From NCBI GenBank assembly GCA_046290465.1, contig JBKAGP010000001.1, forward strand, positions 3,808,001-3,872,000: 64,000 nt of DNA. Reading direction: 5' to 3'. The position numbers and the translations under genes were made by a program. This document shows, piece after piece, positions 46,710 through 56,515 of the stretch. This stretch comes from Planctomycetota bacterium. GTDB lineage: Bacteria; Planctomycetota; UBA1135; UBA2386. Under the pieces are notes generated by a model that saw only the letters and a list, made by a program, of their open reading frames with translations, was not told the DNA's origin and made no database searches. The stretch's first letter is position 1; every line of letters starts with the position of its first letter.

Positions 46710-49700
46710 CTACAGCCCCAGCTGCACCTGCAGGCCGCCGCTGACCACGAAGTCGTTGAGGAACGGACCGTTGCCCGGGTCGAACGCGGCGAACTGGAAG
46801 AACAGGTTGTAGCCGATCAGGTTGGTGTCGTTGGGGATCGGCAGCGGGCTCGCGCCGAGGCCGTTGGCGTCGGTCAGCACCGCCGGCTGCAGCACGTACG
46901 GGATGTCGATGTAGAGGCGGCAACCGCCGCCGATGTTGATGTTGTTGGAGCCCTCCGACACCGCTGGCACGGCGAGCGTCAGCGGCAGCGTGTTGGCGAC
47001 CGTCACCGCGAACGCGCCGTTGCCGATCGTCGGCAGGCTGTTGGAGCCGACCACGGGATCGCCGGCGGTGCCACCGCACGCGTTACCGTAGGGCAGCGTG
47101 AACGCGAGGCCCGCGACCGCCGGGTCGTAGACCCACGGCTCGAGGCCGTTGACGCCCTCGTCCGCGGCGAAGAACACCCGCGCGCCGATCGGCGTGAACT
47201 CCTCCATCGTGACCGCGCCGTAGCCGTTGCCGCCGAAGTTGGTGATCTGGCGCGTGTTCGTCGACGTGCCGTCCGACAGCCACAGCTGCAGGCCGTGCTC
47301 GAGGTCGCTCGCCGCGAACAGCACCTGCGTGCCGCCGAGCGCCGGCACCAGCGTGCCCTCGATCGGCCCCTGCGCCGCACCTGGCGCGATGTCCTTCAGC
47401 AGCACCTCGCCGCCGATCGTGCCGTCGCTGTGCCACAGCTCGAGGCCCGCGCCGTTGCCGTCGTCGTGCAGGAAGAACACGCCGCTGGCCGTCGCCGTCA
47501 GGTCGCGGTACGGGTTGAGCACGCCGCTGACGCTGGCGGTCAGCTGCAGCGTTCCGCCATTGGTGCCGTCGCTGACCCAGACCTGCTCCCCGGCCGCCGA
47601 GCTGCCGGTCGCGGTCATGTAGAGCAGACCGTTGGCGACCTGCAGTTCGCGCAGCGCCGAACCGGCGATGCCCGGCCGGATGTCCTTGACCAGCACGGTG
47701 CCGGCCTGGGTGCCGTCACTCTTCCACAGCTCGGTGCCGGTGCCGGTCTGCGATGCCGAGAAGTAGAGCTCGCCGTTGTAGGCGACCAACTCCGACGGAT
47801 CCGAGCTGCCCGAGCCGGCGCGGATGTCGGCGACCTGGTAGGTGCCGGCGCTGGTGCCGTCGGTCGCCCACAGCTCGCGGCCGGTGACGCTGTCGTTGGC
47901 GGTGAAGAACGCGAGGCCGCCGACCACGGTGAAGTTCTCGCCGAACAGCAGGAACGAACCGCTGGTCGGATGGATGTCCATCAGTTCGAAGGTGCCCGCC
48001 GCGGTGCCGTCGCTGACCCACGGCTCGCGGCCGTTGCCGTCGATCGCCGAGAACAGCGCCAGGTTGCCGAACCCGGTGATCGCCCGCGGCGACAGGCCGT
48101 TGAACGTGACCTGCACGGTGCCCGCCGCGGTGCCGTCGGTGCGGTAGAGGTTGCTGCCGGACGCGTTGGTGTTGGCCTCGAACCAGACCTCGCCGTTGAT
48201 CTCCGCGGCGTCGTCGACGTCGCTGCCGAGCGACGTGCCGTTGATGTCGACGATCAGGGCCGTGCTCGCGACCGTGCCGTCGGTGAGGTGCGGCTCGCGA
48301 CCGACGCTGTCGGCGTTGGCGACGAAGAACACGTCGCTGCCGAGCGCGGTGAACTCGTCCGGGGACGAGTTGGAGACGTTGGGGGCAAGGTCGTCGAGCA
48401 GCACCGTGCCGAGCGCCGTGCCGTCGCTGAAGCACGGCTCGAAGGTGCCTGCGCCGAAGCTGCCGCGGAACAGCAGGCCGTTGCCGAACGCCGTCAGGCC
48501 GATCGCGTTGAGGCCGCCGGTGCCGGGGACGATGTCTTCGAGCAGAAACGTGCCGGCCGCGGTGCCGTCGGTGCGGTAGAGCTCGTTGCCGGTGACGCCG
48601 TCGCTGGCCGTGAACCAGACCTCACCGCCGACCACCGTCAGGTCGTCGACGCCGCCGCTCAGCGAACCCGGCCGGACGTCGACCAGTTCGACGGTGCCGG
48701 CGACGGTGCCGTCGCTGATCCACAGCTCGCGGCCGTTGGGCGAGTCCATCGAGAACAGCACCTGGCCGTTCCACGGCACGAACGCGCGCGGGCCGCTGTT
48801 GGGCGTGCCCGGGTCGAAGTCGCCGAGCATCATCGTGCCGGCCGGCGTGCCGTCGGTGACGTAGAGCTCGCGGCCGGTGCCGGTGACGTCCGCGGTGAAC
48901 AGCGCCAGCGCGCCGAACGCGGTGAAGTCCTCCGGGTTGGAGTCGTCGGTGCCGATCTCGAGGTCGGCCAGCTGGAACGTTCCTGCGGCGGTGCCGTCAC
49001 TGACGTAGGGCTCCCAGCCGTCGGCGACGTCGCACGCGAACAGCAGCTGGTTGCCGAACGGCGCGAACTGCCGGAACGACGAGCCGGCGCTGCCGGGCGT
49101 CAGGTCGGCGACCAGCATCGTGCCGGCCGCGGTGCCATCGCTGACGTAGAGCTCGTTGCCGACGCCCGACACGTTGGCGTTGAAGTAGAGGCTGCCGCCG
49201 ACGACCGTCAGGTTGTCCGGCGACGAACCGCTGATGCCGGGGCGCAGGTCGACGAGAACCTGCGTCCCGGCTTCGGTGCCGTCCGACACCATCAGCTCGA
49301 GACCGACCGCGGGGTCGATCGCGACGAAGTACAGCAACCCGTTGAACGCGGTCAGGTCGCTGATGCTCGAGCTGCTGGTCCCCGGCCGCACGTCCTTGAC
49401 GAGCACGGTGCCCGCGACGGTGCCGTCGGTCTTCCACAGCTCGAAGCCGAGTCCCGGGACGTTGGCCGCGAAGAACACCTCCGAGCCGATCACCGTGAAC
49501 TCCTTCGGGTTGCTGCTACCCGACGGCATCAGATCCTTGAGCAGGAACGTGCCGGCCGGGGTGCCGTCCGTGACGTACGGCTCGCTTCCGAACTGACCGC
49601 CACCGTCGAACACCGCGATGCCGCCGGCGACGTAGAACGGATCGAGTCCGCTCGACGGCTGGCTGCCGCTGCTGGTGCTGAGGTTCCCGACGAGACTCTG

Positions 49701-49754
49701 CGCAGAAGCGAAAGCACAGAGGGCGAGGGTCGTGAGGATGAGGCGGGCGTTCAT
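46710..49754 (-). CDS. Secreted ELWxxDGT-repeat protein with C-terminal module
   Basis: Signal ending FASA-Q; 17 countable E(L/P)xxxDGT-type repeats. Confidence 0.92.
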   Translation of the reverse strand: MNARLILTTLALCAFASAQSLVGNLSTSSGSQPSSGLDPFYVAGGIAVFDGGGQFGSEPYVTDGTPAGTFLLKDLMPSGSSNPKEFTVIGSEVFFAANVPGLGFELWKTDGTVAGTVLVKDVRPGTSSSSISDLTAFNGLLYFVAIDPAVGLELMVSDGTEAGTQVLVDLRPGISGSSPDNLTVVGGSLYFNANVSGVGNELYVSDGTAAGTMLVADLTPGSAGSSFRQFAPFGNQLLFACDVADGWEPYVSDGTAAGTFQLADLEIGTDDSNPEDFTAFGALALFTADVTGTGRELYVTDGTPAGTMMLGDFDPGTPNSGPRAFVPWNGQVLFSMDSPNGRELWISDGTVAGTVELVDVRPGSLSGGVDDLTVVGGEVWFTASDGVTGNELYRTDGTAAGTFLLEDIVPGTGGLNAIGLTAFGNGLLFRGSFGAGTFEPCFSDGTALGTVLLDDLAPNVSNSSPDEFTALGSDVFFVANADSVGREPHLTDGTVASTALIVDINGTSLGSDVDDAAEINGEVWFEANTNASGSNLYRTDGTAAGTVQVTFNGLSPRAITGFGNLALFSAIDGNGREPWVSDGTAAGTFELMDIHPTSGSFLLFGENFTVVGGLAFFTANDSVTGRELWATDGTSAGTYQVADIRAGSGSSDPSELVAYNGELYFSASQTGTGTELWKSDGTQAGTVLVKDIRPGIAGSALRELQVANGLLYMTATGSSAAGEQVWVSDGTNGGTLQLTASVSGVLNPYRDLTATASGVFFLHDDGNGAGLELWHSDGTIGGEVLLKDIAPGAAQGPIEGTLVPALGGTQVLFAASDLEHGLQLWLSDGTSTNTRQITNFGGNGYGAVTMEEFTPIGARVFFAADEGVNGLEPWVYDPAVAGLAFTLPYGNACGGTAGDPVVGSNSLPTIGNGAFAVTVANTLPLTLAVPAVSEGSNNINIGGGCRLYIDIPYVLQPAVLTDANGLGASPLPIPNDTNLIGYNLFFQFAAFDPGNGPFLNDFVVSGGLQVQLGL

Positions 49755-49850
49755 GTTCGGTCCTGGATGAGGAGCACCTGGGACAGCGATCCGGTGCCCG
49801 GGGCGTTACACGCGTTTCCGATCCGGACCGCGCTCGCCTATACCGGCGCC

Positions 49851-50138
49851 ATGACCGACGCCGCCGACGGCCCCGTTGCGACCGAGATGAGACGCCGCCT
49901 CGAGCAGGCGCTGAGCCCGACGCAGCTGACCCTGCAAAACGACAGCGACCAGCACGCAGGCCACGCCGGCCACGACGGCTCCGGCGAGAGCCACTTCTCG
50001 CTGACGATCGAAAGCACTGCGTTCGAAGGGCTTAACCGCGTGCAGCGACAGCGGCTCGTGTTCCGCGCGCTCGGCGACCTGATGGCCGGCAAGGTGCACG
50101 CGCTGCAGATCCAGGCGACCGCGCCCGGCGATCGCTGA
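49851..50138 (+). CDS. bolA: BolA family protein
   Basis: NDSDQHAGH, SHFSLTIESTAFEGLNRVQRQRLV, VHALQI. Confidence 0.92.
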   Translation: MTDAADGPVATEMRRRLEQALSPTQLTLQNDSDQHAGHAGHDGSGESHFSLTIESTAFEGLNRVQRQRLVFRALGDLMAGKVHALQIQATAPGDR

Positions 50139-50196
50139 CGGCGGGGAAGGGTCGGGCCTGGGTTTCGTCGGAGGGACGACCCAGCTACCACCCGCG

Positions 50197-51060
50197 ATGA
50201 ACCGAACCGCCCTGACGTTGTCGTTCTTGTTGCTCTGCACCGGCCTGTCCGCCCAGGACCCGGACCAGCAGCAGGCTCCCCAGAAGGCTCCCGCCGAGGA
50301 CCATAAGACTGCCGCCAAGGACCAGCAGGCTCCGCAGAAGGAGCCGCCGTTCGTGTTCGAGGCCGGCACGATCCCGCTGGCAGAGCTGGTCGAGAAGTGC
50401 GGCCGCTACCTGCAGTGGAACGTGCTGATCGACGAGAACGAGTTCGCGGCGGTCGTCACCGGCGGCCGCCCGCGCGGCCGCAAGGCGCCAAAGCCCGAGG
50501 CCGACAACGACCAGCCCACCGGTCCGATCGTCGAACTGCACCTGCCGGTCGTCACCGACAAGCACGGCTGCGAGGAGATGCTCAGCAGCATCCTGTGGCG
50601 GTACGGGTTCGCGCTGATGCCGCTCGACGAACAGAAGGACGCCTACGAGGTGATCCTGCGGCAAGGGCAACGCGGCCGCGAGCTGATGATGCGCAGCCGG
50701 CAGCGCACGCCCGAACAGATCCTCGCGCGGCCGACGCTGCGCCAGTTCGTCACCACCGTCTACATGCTCAAGCACGCCAGCGCGCAGCAGGCCAACAACT
50801 CGCTGCGACCGTTCTTCGCCAGCATGAGCAGCAACTCGTTCGGGCTGGTCATCGGCAACTTCGGCAACAACGCGTCGCTGCTGCTCAGCGGCCCGCAGGA
50901 CCTCGTCGCCAACGCGCTACGGCTGCTGCAGTCGGCGGACCAACCGCCGCAGAACGTCGACCCGGTGACCCGGTCGCGGCTCAAGAAGCTCGAGGACTCC
51001 CACGAGAAGCTGCTCCGCGAACTCGAACGGCTCAAGCAGAAGGTCGACGCCGGGCAGTAG
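50197..51060 (+). CDS. Secreted protein with secretin N-terminal (NolW-like) domain, no secretin barrel
   Basis: Signal ending GLSA-Q; VYMLKHASAQQA...SLLLSGPQDLVANALRLLQSADQP; C-terminal coiled coil. Confidence 0.68.
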   Translation: MNRTALTLSFLLLCTGLSAQDPDQQQAPQKAPAEDHKTAAKDQQAPQKEPPFVFEAGTIPLAELVEKCGRYLQWNVLIDENEFAAVVTGGRPRGRKAPKPEADNDQPTGPIVELHLPVVTDKHGCEEMLSSILWRYGFALMPLDEQKDAYEVILRQGQRGRELMMRSRQRTPEQILARPTLRQFVTTVYMLKHASAQQANNSLRPFFASMSSNSFGLVIGNFGNNASLLLSGPQDLVANALRLLQSADQPPQNVDPVTRSRLKKLEDSHEKLLRELERLKQKVDAGQ

Positions 51061-51108
51061 CGGTGACGACCGCTTCCGACCGGCGCCACCGTGACCTACG
51101 GTAGCCGG

Positions 51109-51567
51109 ATGACCGAGCCGGAAGCCGACGACACCCCCGAGACCCCGCGCGAGCCCGAGATCGAACTGCTCGGCAAGCTCGCGCGCGGCGGTCTGTTCGT
51201 CATCCGGATGGCGCTCCTCGCGGCCGGCGTCGCCGCGCTCGGCTACGGGCTCAAGAAGACGCTGACGATCGGCGACGGCTGGGCCTGGGGGGGGCTCGAG
51301 TTCCGTTCGACGCCGTCCGCCGCCGGCTTCGTCTGGATGACGGTCGGCCTGCCGCTGGCGCTGCCGGCGAACACCCTGCTCAACCGCGGCATGCCGCAAG
51401 CGGCGCTGCTGCTGACCAGCGCCGCCATGTGGTTCGGCCCGATGGCGCTCGCCGACGACAGCGCCTACGGCTGGATCCTGCGCCTGTTCGCGACGCTGGT
51501 GGCGTTCTTGTGCCTGGTGGTCTGGCGCACGCTGTGGCGGCTGACCGAGATGGAGCCCAGGCCGTAG
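51109..51567 (+). CDS. Hypothetical membrane protein (4 TM)
   Basis: Hydrophobic segments; TACGGT 6 nt before ATG 51109. Confidence 0.72.
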   Translation: MTEPEADDTPETPREPEIELLGKLARGGLFVIRMALLAAGVAALGYGLKKTLTIGDGWAWGGLEFRSTPSAAGFVWMTVGLPLALPANTLLNRGMPQAALLLTSAAMWFGPMALADDSAYGWILRLFATLVAFLCLVVWRTLWRLTEMEPRP

Positions 51568-51653
51568 GCGGCTCGGCGCGGCGGACGCGCCCACGGGGTT
51601 GCTCCGTCCAGCCGCGGCACCGACGATACTTGCCGCCCCTCTCCGCCGCCCAC

Positions 51654-54600
51654 ATGCAGAACCCCATCCGCCCGAGCCTGCGGCCCTTGCTGGCCGCCGC
51701 GCTGTCCGTCTGCGCGCCGTTGACCGCCCAGTGCCCTCCCGGAGCGACGATGCCGCGCGACCTCGCGCTCGAGACGACCCTGCCGGCGACCGGGCCGGCG
51801 ATGACGCGCCGCCAGACCGGCCTCGGCGCGTTGGCCGACGGCAACCTCGCCGAGGCGCGCAAGCACCTGTTCGCGGCGCTGGAGTTCCACCCGTCGTCGG
51901 CCGACCTGCTGCTCGACATCGTCTGCGCGTGCGGCGACGACGCCGACCTGCTGCAGCAGTGGACCGAACGCTACGTGCGGGCGGCGACCGACGAACGCGG
52001 CCGGATGAAGCTCGGCTCGCCGACGCGCAAGCGCCTCGGCGCGGTCGACGGCGCGATGGACGCGATCAAGCCAGCCCAGGCGCTGACGCAGAAGCGGTTC
52101 GCGGCGATCAAGGAACTGGCGCGCTACGTCACCAGGCAGAAGGCGCGCGGCAAGGACCTCGCACCGCGCGCGCTGCTGGTGCGCTGGGCGAGCGAACTGC
52201 TGCTCGAGGTCGGCGAGGGCGCGCCGGCCGCGCTCGGCGGCGTCGCCAAGGACGTCGACGCACACCAGGCGAAGTACCGGCCCGAATACGACCTGATCTA
52301 CGACGCGCTGGCCAAGGTCATGCGCACGCCGCTGCCGGCCGCGGCCGGCGACGACACCGCGCCGACGACCGGCGGCGACCGGGCGATCGACGAGATCAAC
52401 GACCGCCGCATCCGCGCCGCCCGCATCCTGCTCGGGCTGTCGCGCCAGGTGCGCTTCAAGGACCTGCAGGGCGAACGCCCGGACGGCCCCAAAAGCCTCG
52501 GCGACGAAGCGCGCGAACTGCTCGAGTCGGAGCGCAAGGCCGACGTCGAGAGCGGCAAGGTGTGGACGATTGAAGAGCTCGAGAACATGAGCCTCGACGA
52601 GTCGCTGCGCTTCACCGAGCAGCACCGCGACTGGCACAACCCTGGCATCGCGCTGAGCCCGAAGGGTCTCTACCGCGTCGAGACGATCTGCGGGCACGGC
52701 ACGCTGCTCGGCGCCGCCAAGACCATCGAGCTGCACCACCACCGGCTGGTCAACCACTACGGCAAGGATCCGTTCGACGGCCGCCGCGGCATCGCGCGCA
52801 TCGTGCCGGAGGTCGACGACCTCGAGACCGAGGGCGCGCCGTTCTGGTGGGCCGCCGGCTTCCAGTCGGGCGACCGCACCACGGTGCGGTTCTCGTGGGG
52901 CACGATCCCGGGCCTCGGCCGCACGCTGACGCACGAACTGACGCACCGCTTCGACGGCGTGATCCGACCGTTCTTGCCGGCCTGGTACGTCGAGGGGCAC
53001 GCCGACTGGACCGGTGCGCACTACGCCAAGATGGCCGACGAGACGTTCGTCGACGACATGCTCAAGATCGGCACCGCGGCCCACACGTTCTACAAGGGCT
53101 ACGGCGGCAAGCGGAAGTTGAAGCAGCTGCTCGAGGGCGAGGTCGACGACTACCGCGACAACTACTTCGCGGGCTACTCGCTCTACACGTTCTTGCAGAC
53201 CTACCCGCCGAACCAGCCGCGCTACGCCGCGGCGCTGCCGAAGTTCGAGCGCAACGCGCGGGCCGGCCAGCGCGACCCGCTCGGCTACTTCCTGGCGACG
53301 TTCTGCGACGGCAAGGACGGCCGGCCAGCGGACTTCGACGGGCTGCACGAGGACTGGCGCACGTTCGTGCGCGGCTGCTACGACTGGCAGGATCGCAAGC
53401 GCGAGAACAACCGCTGGATCCGCAACTACCGCCATGGCCCCGGCAAGGGCGACAAGGCGCCGATGGTCATGGACGAGCCGACCTGGTCGTGGGGACGCAA
53501 CCGCGCCGAGCCCTACTACGGCCAGGAGCACGCCGCCGCCGCGACGCTGCTGCTCGCCGAGGTCGCCGACCTCGACGCGACGATCTCAGCCGGGGTCTGG
53601 TCGCTGACCGCCGACGGCTGGCGGCCGGAGGTCGCCGCCGCGCTCGGCAAGGCGCTCGGCGCGAGCCGTTCGCAGGAGGCGAGCAAGGCGTTCTCGACGC
53701 TGGCGAACGCGCACTTCCCCGAGATCGCGACGCTCGACGGCACCGAACTGCTGGCCAGGCTGCCCAAGACCAAGGCGCTGCTGGCCGCGCTCGCAGAACG
53801 CGCCGCGACGCTGGCCACGGCCGGCCATCGCGAAGCTTCGGCCGCGACTGCACGCGAACACGCCGCCCTGCGCCACCTGTTCGGGCTGCCGCCGAGCGAG
53901 CACGCCCGGGCCGACGTCACAGCGCGCTTGCCGCGCCACCTCGGCGGCGCCGGCTTCGACGAGAGCGGGTTGACGAGCTACGAGGACCGGCGGCGCAAGG
54001 GCCTGTGGTACGTGACGCCCGAAGGCGACCTGCACGTCGGCCGCGAGAAGCCGCGCGAGGCGACCGGCGTGCTGGACCGGCGCGCGCACCAGCGGCACGC
54101 GTTCGCCCACACCGTCGGCTGGCTCGAGCCGGGCCACTACGTGCTGCGCGGGCGGGTGCACTGGACGACCTCGTACGTGTCGGGCGCGATCGTGTTCGGC
54201 TACACGCGCCGCGACCGCAACCTGCGGCTCGGGTTCTCGGCGGGCGACTTCCAGTACGCGATCGGCAAGAGCGACACCAACGACCGCAAGGGTCGCGTGC
54301 GGCTGTCGCTGGCCGGCCTGTGGGAACGCGACGGCAAGCTGCCCGACAGCCGTCGGCAGAAGACCGTCGAGATCCCCGACGAGCAGAACTGGTTCGAGTA
54401 CGAACTGATCGTTCGCGGCCCGCGCGTCGACGTGCGCATCAACGGCGAGTCGGTGATGAACTACGGCGTGCACGACGGCACGCCGATCGAGGGTCGGGTC
54501 GGCTTCGCGACGTCGACCGGCGCGATCCGCGTGCAGCAGCCGACCGTGCAGCGGCTCGACGACGAACTGACCCCGCCGGTCTTCGGCCTCGACATCGCCG

Positions 54601-55034
54601 TGCAGCCGAAGGGCGCGCTCGACGACTTCGTGCACCTGCAGACCAAGGGCATCCCGGTCGGCCCCGACGGCACGCTCGTGCTGTGGCTGCCGAAGGTCGA
54701 CGAAGGCTCGCCGGCGCAGAAGCTCGGCCGCGCGGTGCGCCCGCTGAGCCGGATCCTGCAGCACCCGCTCGAGTATCCGCAGAAGTGGGTGCTGGCGACG
54801 CCGAAGGGCATGGACCCCGCCGACCGCAAGGCCGTGCTCGAAGACCTGACCGACCTGCGCGAGCAGCCGATGGAGCTGGTCGAACACGACGTCGGCATGC
54901 CGTTCGAAGGCCCCTACTGCTGGGTCGTCTTCCTCGACGCGCAGGGCGTCCTGCGCGCCGCCGCCGAAAGCGTCGACCCCCGCCTCCACAGCAAGGTCCA
55001 GCAGTGGTCACGCCGATTCCGCCACCGCCGCTGA
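51654..55034 (+). CDS. Large secreted protein with gluzincin-like HExxH motif and C-terminal beta-sandwich
   Basis: Signal ending PLTA-Q; LTHELTHRF...PAWYVEGHADW; WFEYELIVRGPRVDVRINGE...GRVGF. Confidence 0.8.
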   Translation: MQNPIRPSLRPLLAAALSVCAPLTAQCPPGATMPRDLALETTLPATGPAMTRRQTGLGALADGNLAEARKHLFAALEFHPSSADLLLDIVCACGDDADLLQQWTERYVRAATDERGRMKLGSPTRKRLGAVDGAMDAIKPAQALTQKRFAAIKELARYVTRQKARGKDLAPRALLVRWASELLLEVGEGAPAALGGVAKDVDAHQAKYRPEYDLIYDALAKVMRTPLPAAAGDDTAPTTGGDRAIDEINDRRIRAARILLGLSRQVRFKDLQGERPDGPKSLGDEARELLESERKADVESGKVWTIEELENMSLDESLRFTEQHRDWHNPGIALSPKGLYRVETICGHGTLLGAAKTIELHHHRLVNHYGKDPFDGRRGIARIVPEVDDLETEGAPFWWAAGFQSGDRTTVRFSWGTIPGLGRTLTHELTHRFDGVIRPFLPAWYVEGHADWTGAHYAKMADETFVDDMLKIGTAAHTFYKGYGGKRKLKQLLEGEVDDYRDNYFAGYSLYTFLQTYPPNQPRYAAALPKFERNARAGQRDPLGYFLATFCDGKDGRPADFDGLHEDWRTFVRGCYDWQDRKRENNRWIRNYRHGPGKGDKAPMVMDEPTWSWGRNRAEPYYGQEHAAAATLLLAEVADLDATISAGVWSLTADGWRPEVAAALGKALGASRSQEASKAFSTLANAHFPEIATLDGTELLARLPKTKALLAALAERAATLATAGHREASAATAREHAALRHLFGLPPSEHARADVTARLPRHLGGAGFDESGLTSYEDRRRKGLWYVTPEGDLHVGREKPREATGVLDRRAHQRHAFAHTVGWLEPGHYVLRGRVHWTTSYVSGAIVFGYTRRDRNLRLGFSAGDFQYAIGKSDTNDRKGRVRLSLAGLWERDGKLPDSRRQKTVEIPDEQNWFEYELIVRGPRVDVRINGESVMNYGVHDGTPIEGRVGFATSTGAIRVQQPTVQRLDDELTPPVFGLDIAVQPKGALDDFVHLQTKGIPVGPDGTLVLWLPKVDEGSPAQKLGRAVRPLSRILQHPLEYPQKWVLATPKGMDPADRKAVLEDLTDLREQPMELVEHDVGMPFEGPYCWVVFLDAQGVLRAAAESVDPRLHSKVQQWSRRFRHRR

Positions 55035-55124
55035 GTAGCGGTACGGTACGCGGTTCATCCTCCAACTTTCGCGGCGGCAGCGCCGCCGCGAAAGTTGGAG
55101 GATGACCGCGTACCGTACCGCTAC
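55035..55124. repeat. 90-bp near-perfect palindrome (43-bp stem, 3-nt loop, one bulge) with GTAG/CTAC ends
   Basis: Left arm 55035-55078 equals the reverse complement of 55082-55124 apart from one extra T; fills the gap between convergent stops. Confidence 0.92.
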
Positions 55125-56467
55125 TTTGGGCCGCCGGGGGGGATCAGTTGGCTCATGGCGGTGTCGCGCTGCTTGATCAGGAAGGCGAGGCGGCGCTGGG
55201 CGTCGACGGCGGCGAACTGGGGGGTCGGCGCCGGGGCGGTGCGCGCCTCCTGGTAGATCACGGCCAGCGCGTCGACGTGTTCGTCGAGCGTCGGTGAGGC
55301 TGGCGGGATCGCGGCGGCGAGCTGCGGCCACAGGGCCGGCTCGTCGATCATGCGCAGCATCGCGCGCGCGAGGTCGTCGATGTCGCCGGCCTTGGTGGCG
55401 ATCCCGGCCGCGCCGGCGCGCGTCGGCAGCGCGCCGAGGTCGCTGGTGATGCACGGACGCCCGAGCTCGAAGCACTCGTCGAGCACCAGCCCGAACGTCT
55501 CGATGCACGTGCTCGGAAACACCCCGACGTGCGGGCCGACCGCGTGCAGCGCCGCGGCGTCGAACGGACCGTGGAACGTCACCGGCAGACCGTCGGCCAA
55601 CGCCCGCAGTTCGCTTTCGAACGCCTCGCTCTCGAAACCGCCCAGCACGTGCAGAACCGCACGGCCGCTGCGCTGCTGGTGCACGCGACGGAATGCTTGC
55701 AACAGCACGTCGACGCCCTTGTGGCGCCCGATTCCACCCCAGAACGCAAAGCTCAGGGGATCGCCCTCGTGGGGCACCGGAAGCGCCGACATGCTGTTGA
55801 AGCGCTTCTTGTACCCGAGCGGCAGCGTGCGGTAACGGCTGCGGGAAACGCCCGTCGTGCGCGACAGCAGGTCGGCCGTCGAATCGACCGCGACCAGCAC
55901 CGCGCGGGCCAGCGACAGCTCGGCGCGGTAGTGGTCCCGATACAGCGTGATGCCGTCGTCGAGTTCGTGCTGCGGCTCGTAGCCGTACTTGGGCACACAG
56001 GTGCGGCAGCTGTCCGGCGACAGCTCGCGCCGACACGCCTCGTCCCCTTCGCGGCGACGGAACGCGCGCGGGCAACTCGTGTAGTAGTCGTGCAGCGTCA
56101 CCACCGCCGGCACCCCGACCCGTTCGCAGATCTCGACCAGGTTGCAGGTCAACCGCACCCAGTGGTGCACGTGCACGAGCCCCGGCCGGTGCTCGCGCAA
56201 GAACTGCTCGAAGCGCGCCTCGACACCGGGGTGCCACATCTTGACGTGGTGGTCGAAGAACAGATCGTTGCGATGTAGCCGCCACAGCGGCAGTCCCTCG
56301 ACCTCGTCGCGATCCAGCGTTACCTGCTCGGTCGCGTGCATCGTTCCCGTGAACACCGCCACGTCGACGCCGCGCGCCTGCTGCCGCTGCGCCAGGTCGA
56401 ACGTGTAGGACTCCGAACCGCCGCGGTGTTCGGGCAGGAACTGGTGGATCACGTGCAGCACGTCCAT
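55121..56467 (-). CDS. Glycosyltransferase family 4 (GT-B)
   Basis: HQFLPEHRGGSESY, TLHDYYTSCPR, HKGVDVLLQAF, FPSTCIETFGLVLDE, SDLGAL. Confidence 0.9.
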   Translation of the reverse strand: MDVLHVIHQFLPEHRGGSESYTFDLAQRQQARGVDVAVFTGTMHATEQVTLDRDEVEGLPLWRLHRNDLFFDHHVKMWHPGVEARFEQFLREHRPGLVHVHHWVRLTCNLVEICERVGVPAVVTLHDYYTSCPRAFRRREGDEACRRELSPDSCRTCVPKYGYEPQHELDDGITLYRDHYRAELSLARAVLVAVDSTADLLSRTTGVSRSRYRTLPLGYKKRFNSMSALPVPHEGDPLSFAFWGGIGRHKGVDVLLQAFRRVHQQRSGRAVLHVLGGFESEAFESELRALADGLPVTFHGPFDAAALHAVGPHVGVFPSTCIETFGLVLDECFELGRPCITSDLGALPTRAGAAGIATKAGDIDDLARAMLRMIDEPALWPQLAAAIPPASPTLDEHVDALAVIYQEARTAPAPTPQFAAVDAQRRLAFLIKQRDTAMSQLIPPGGPK

Positions 56468-56515
56468 CGGCGCCGATGCTACGCGCACGGACTCGCCGCG
56501 GATACGCTGCCGGCG

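Noticed and set aside
45663..49850. 1491-aa plus-strand ORF
   Set aside because: Antisense shadow of the ELWxxDGT gene; only the last 95 codons (bolA) are real
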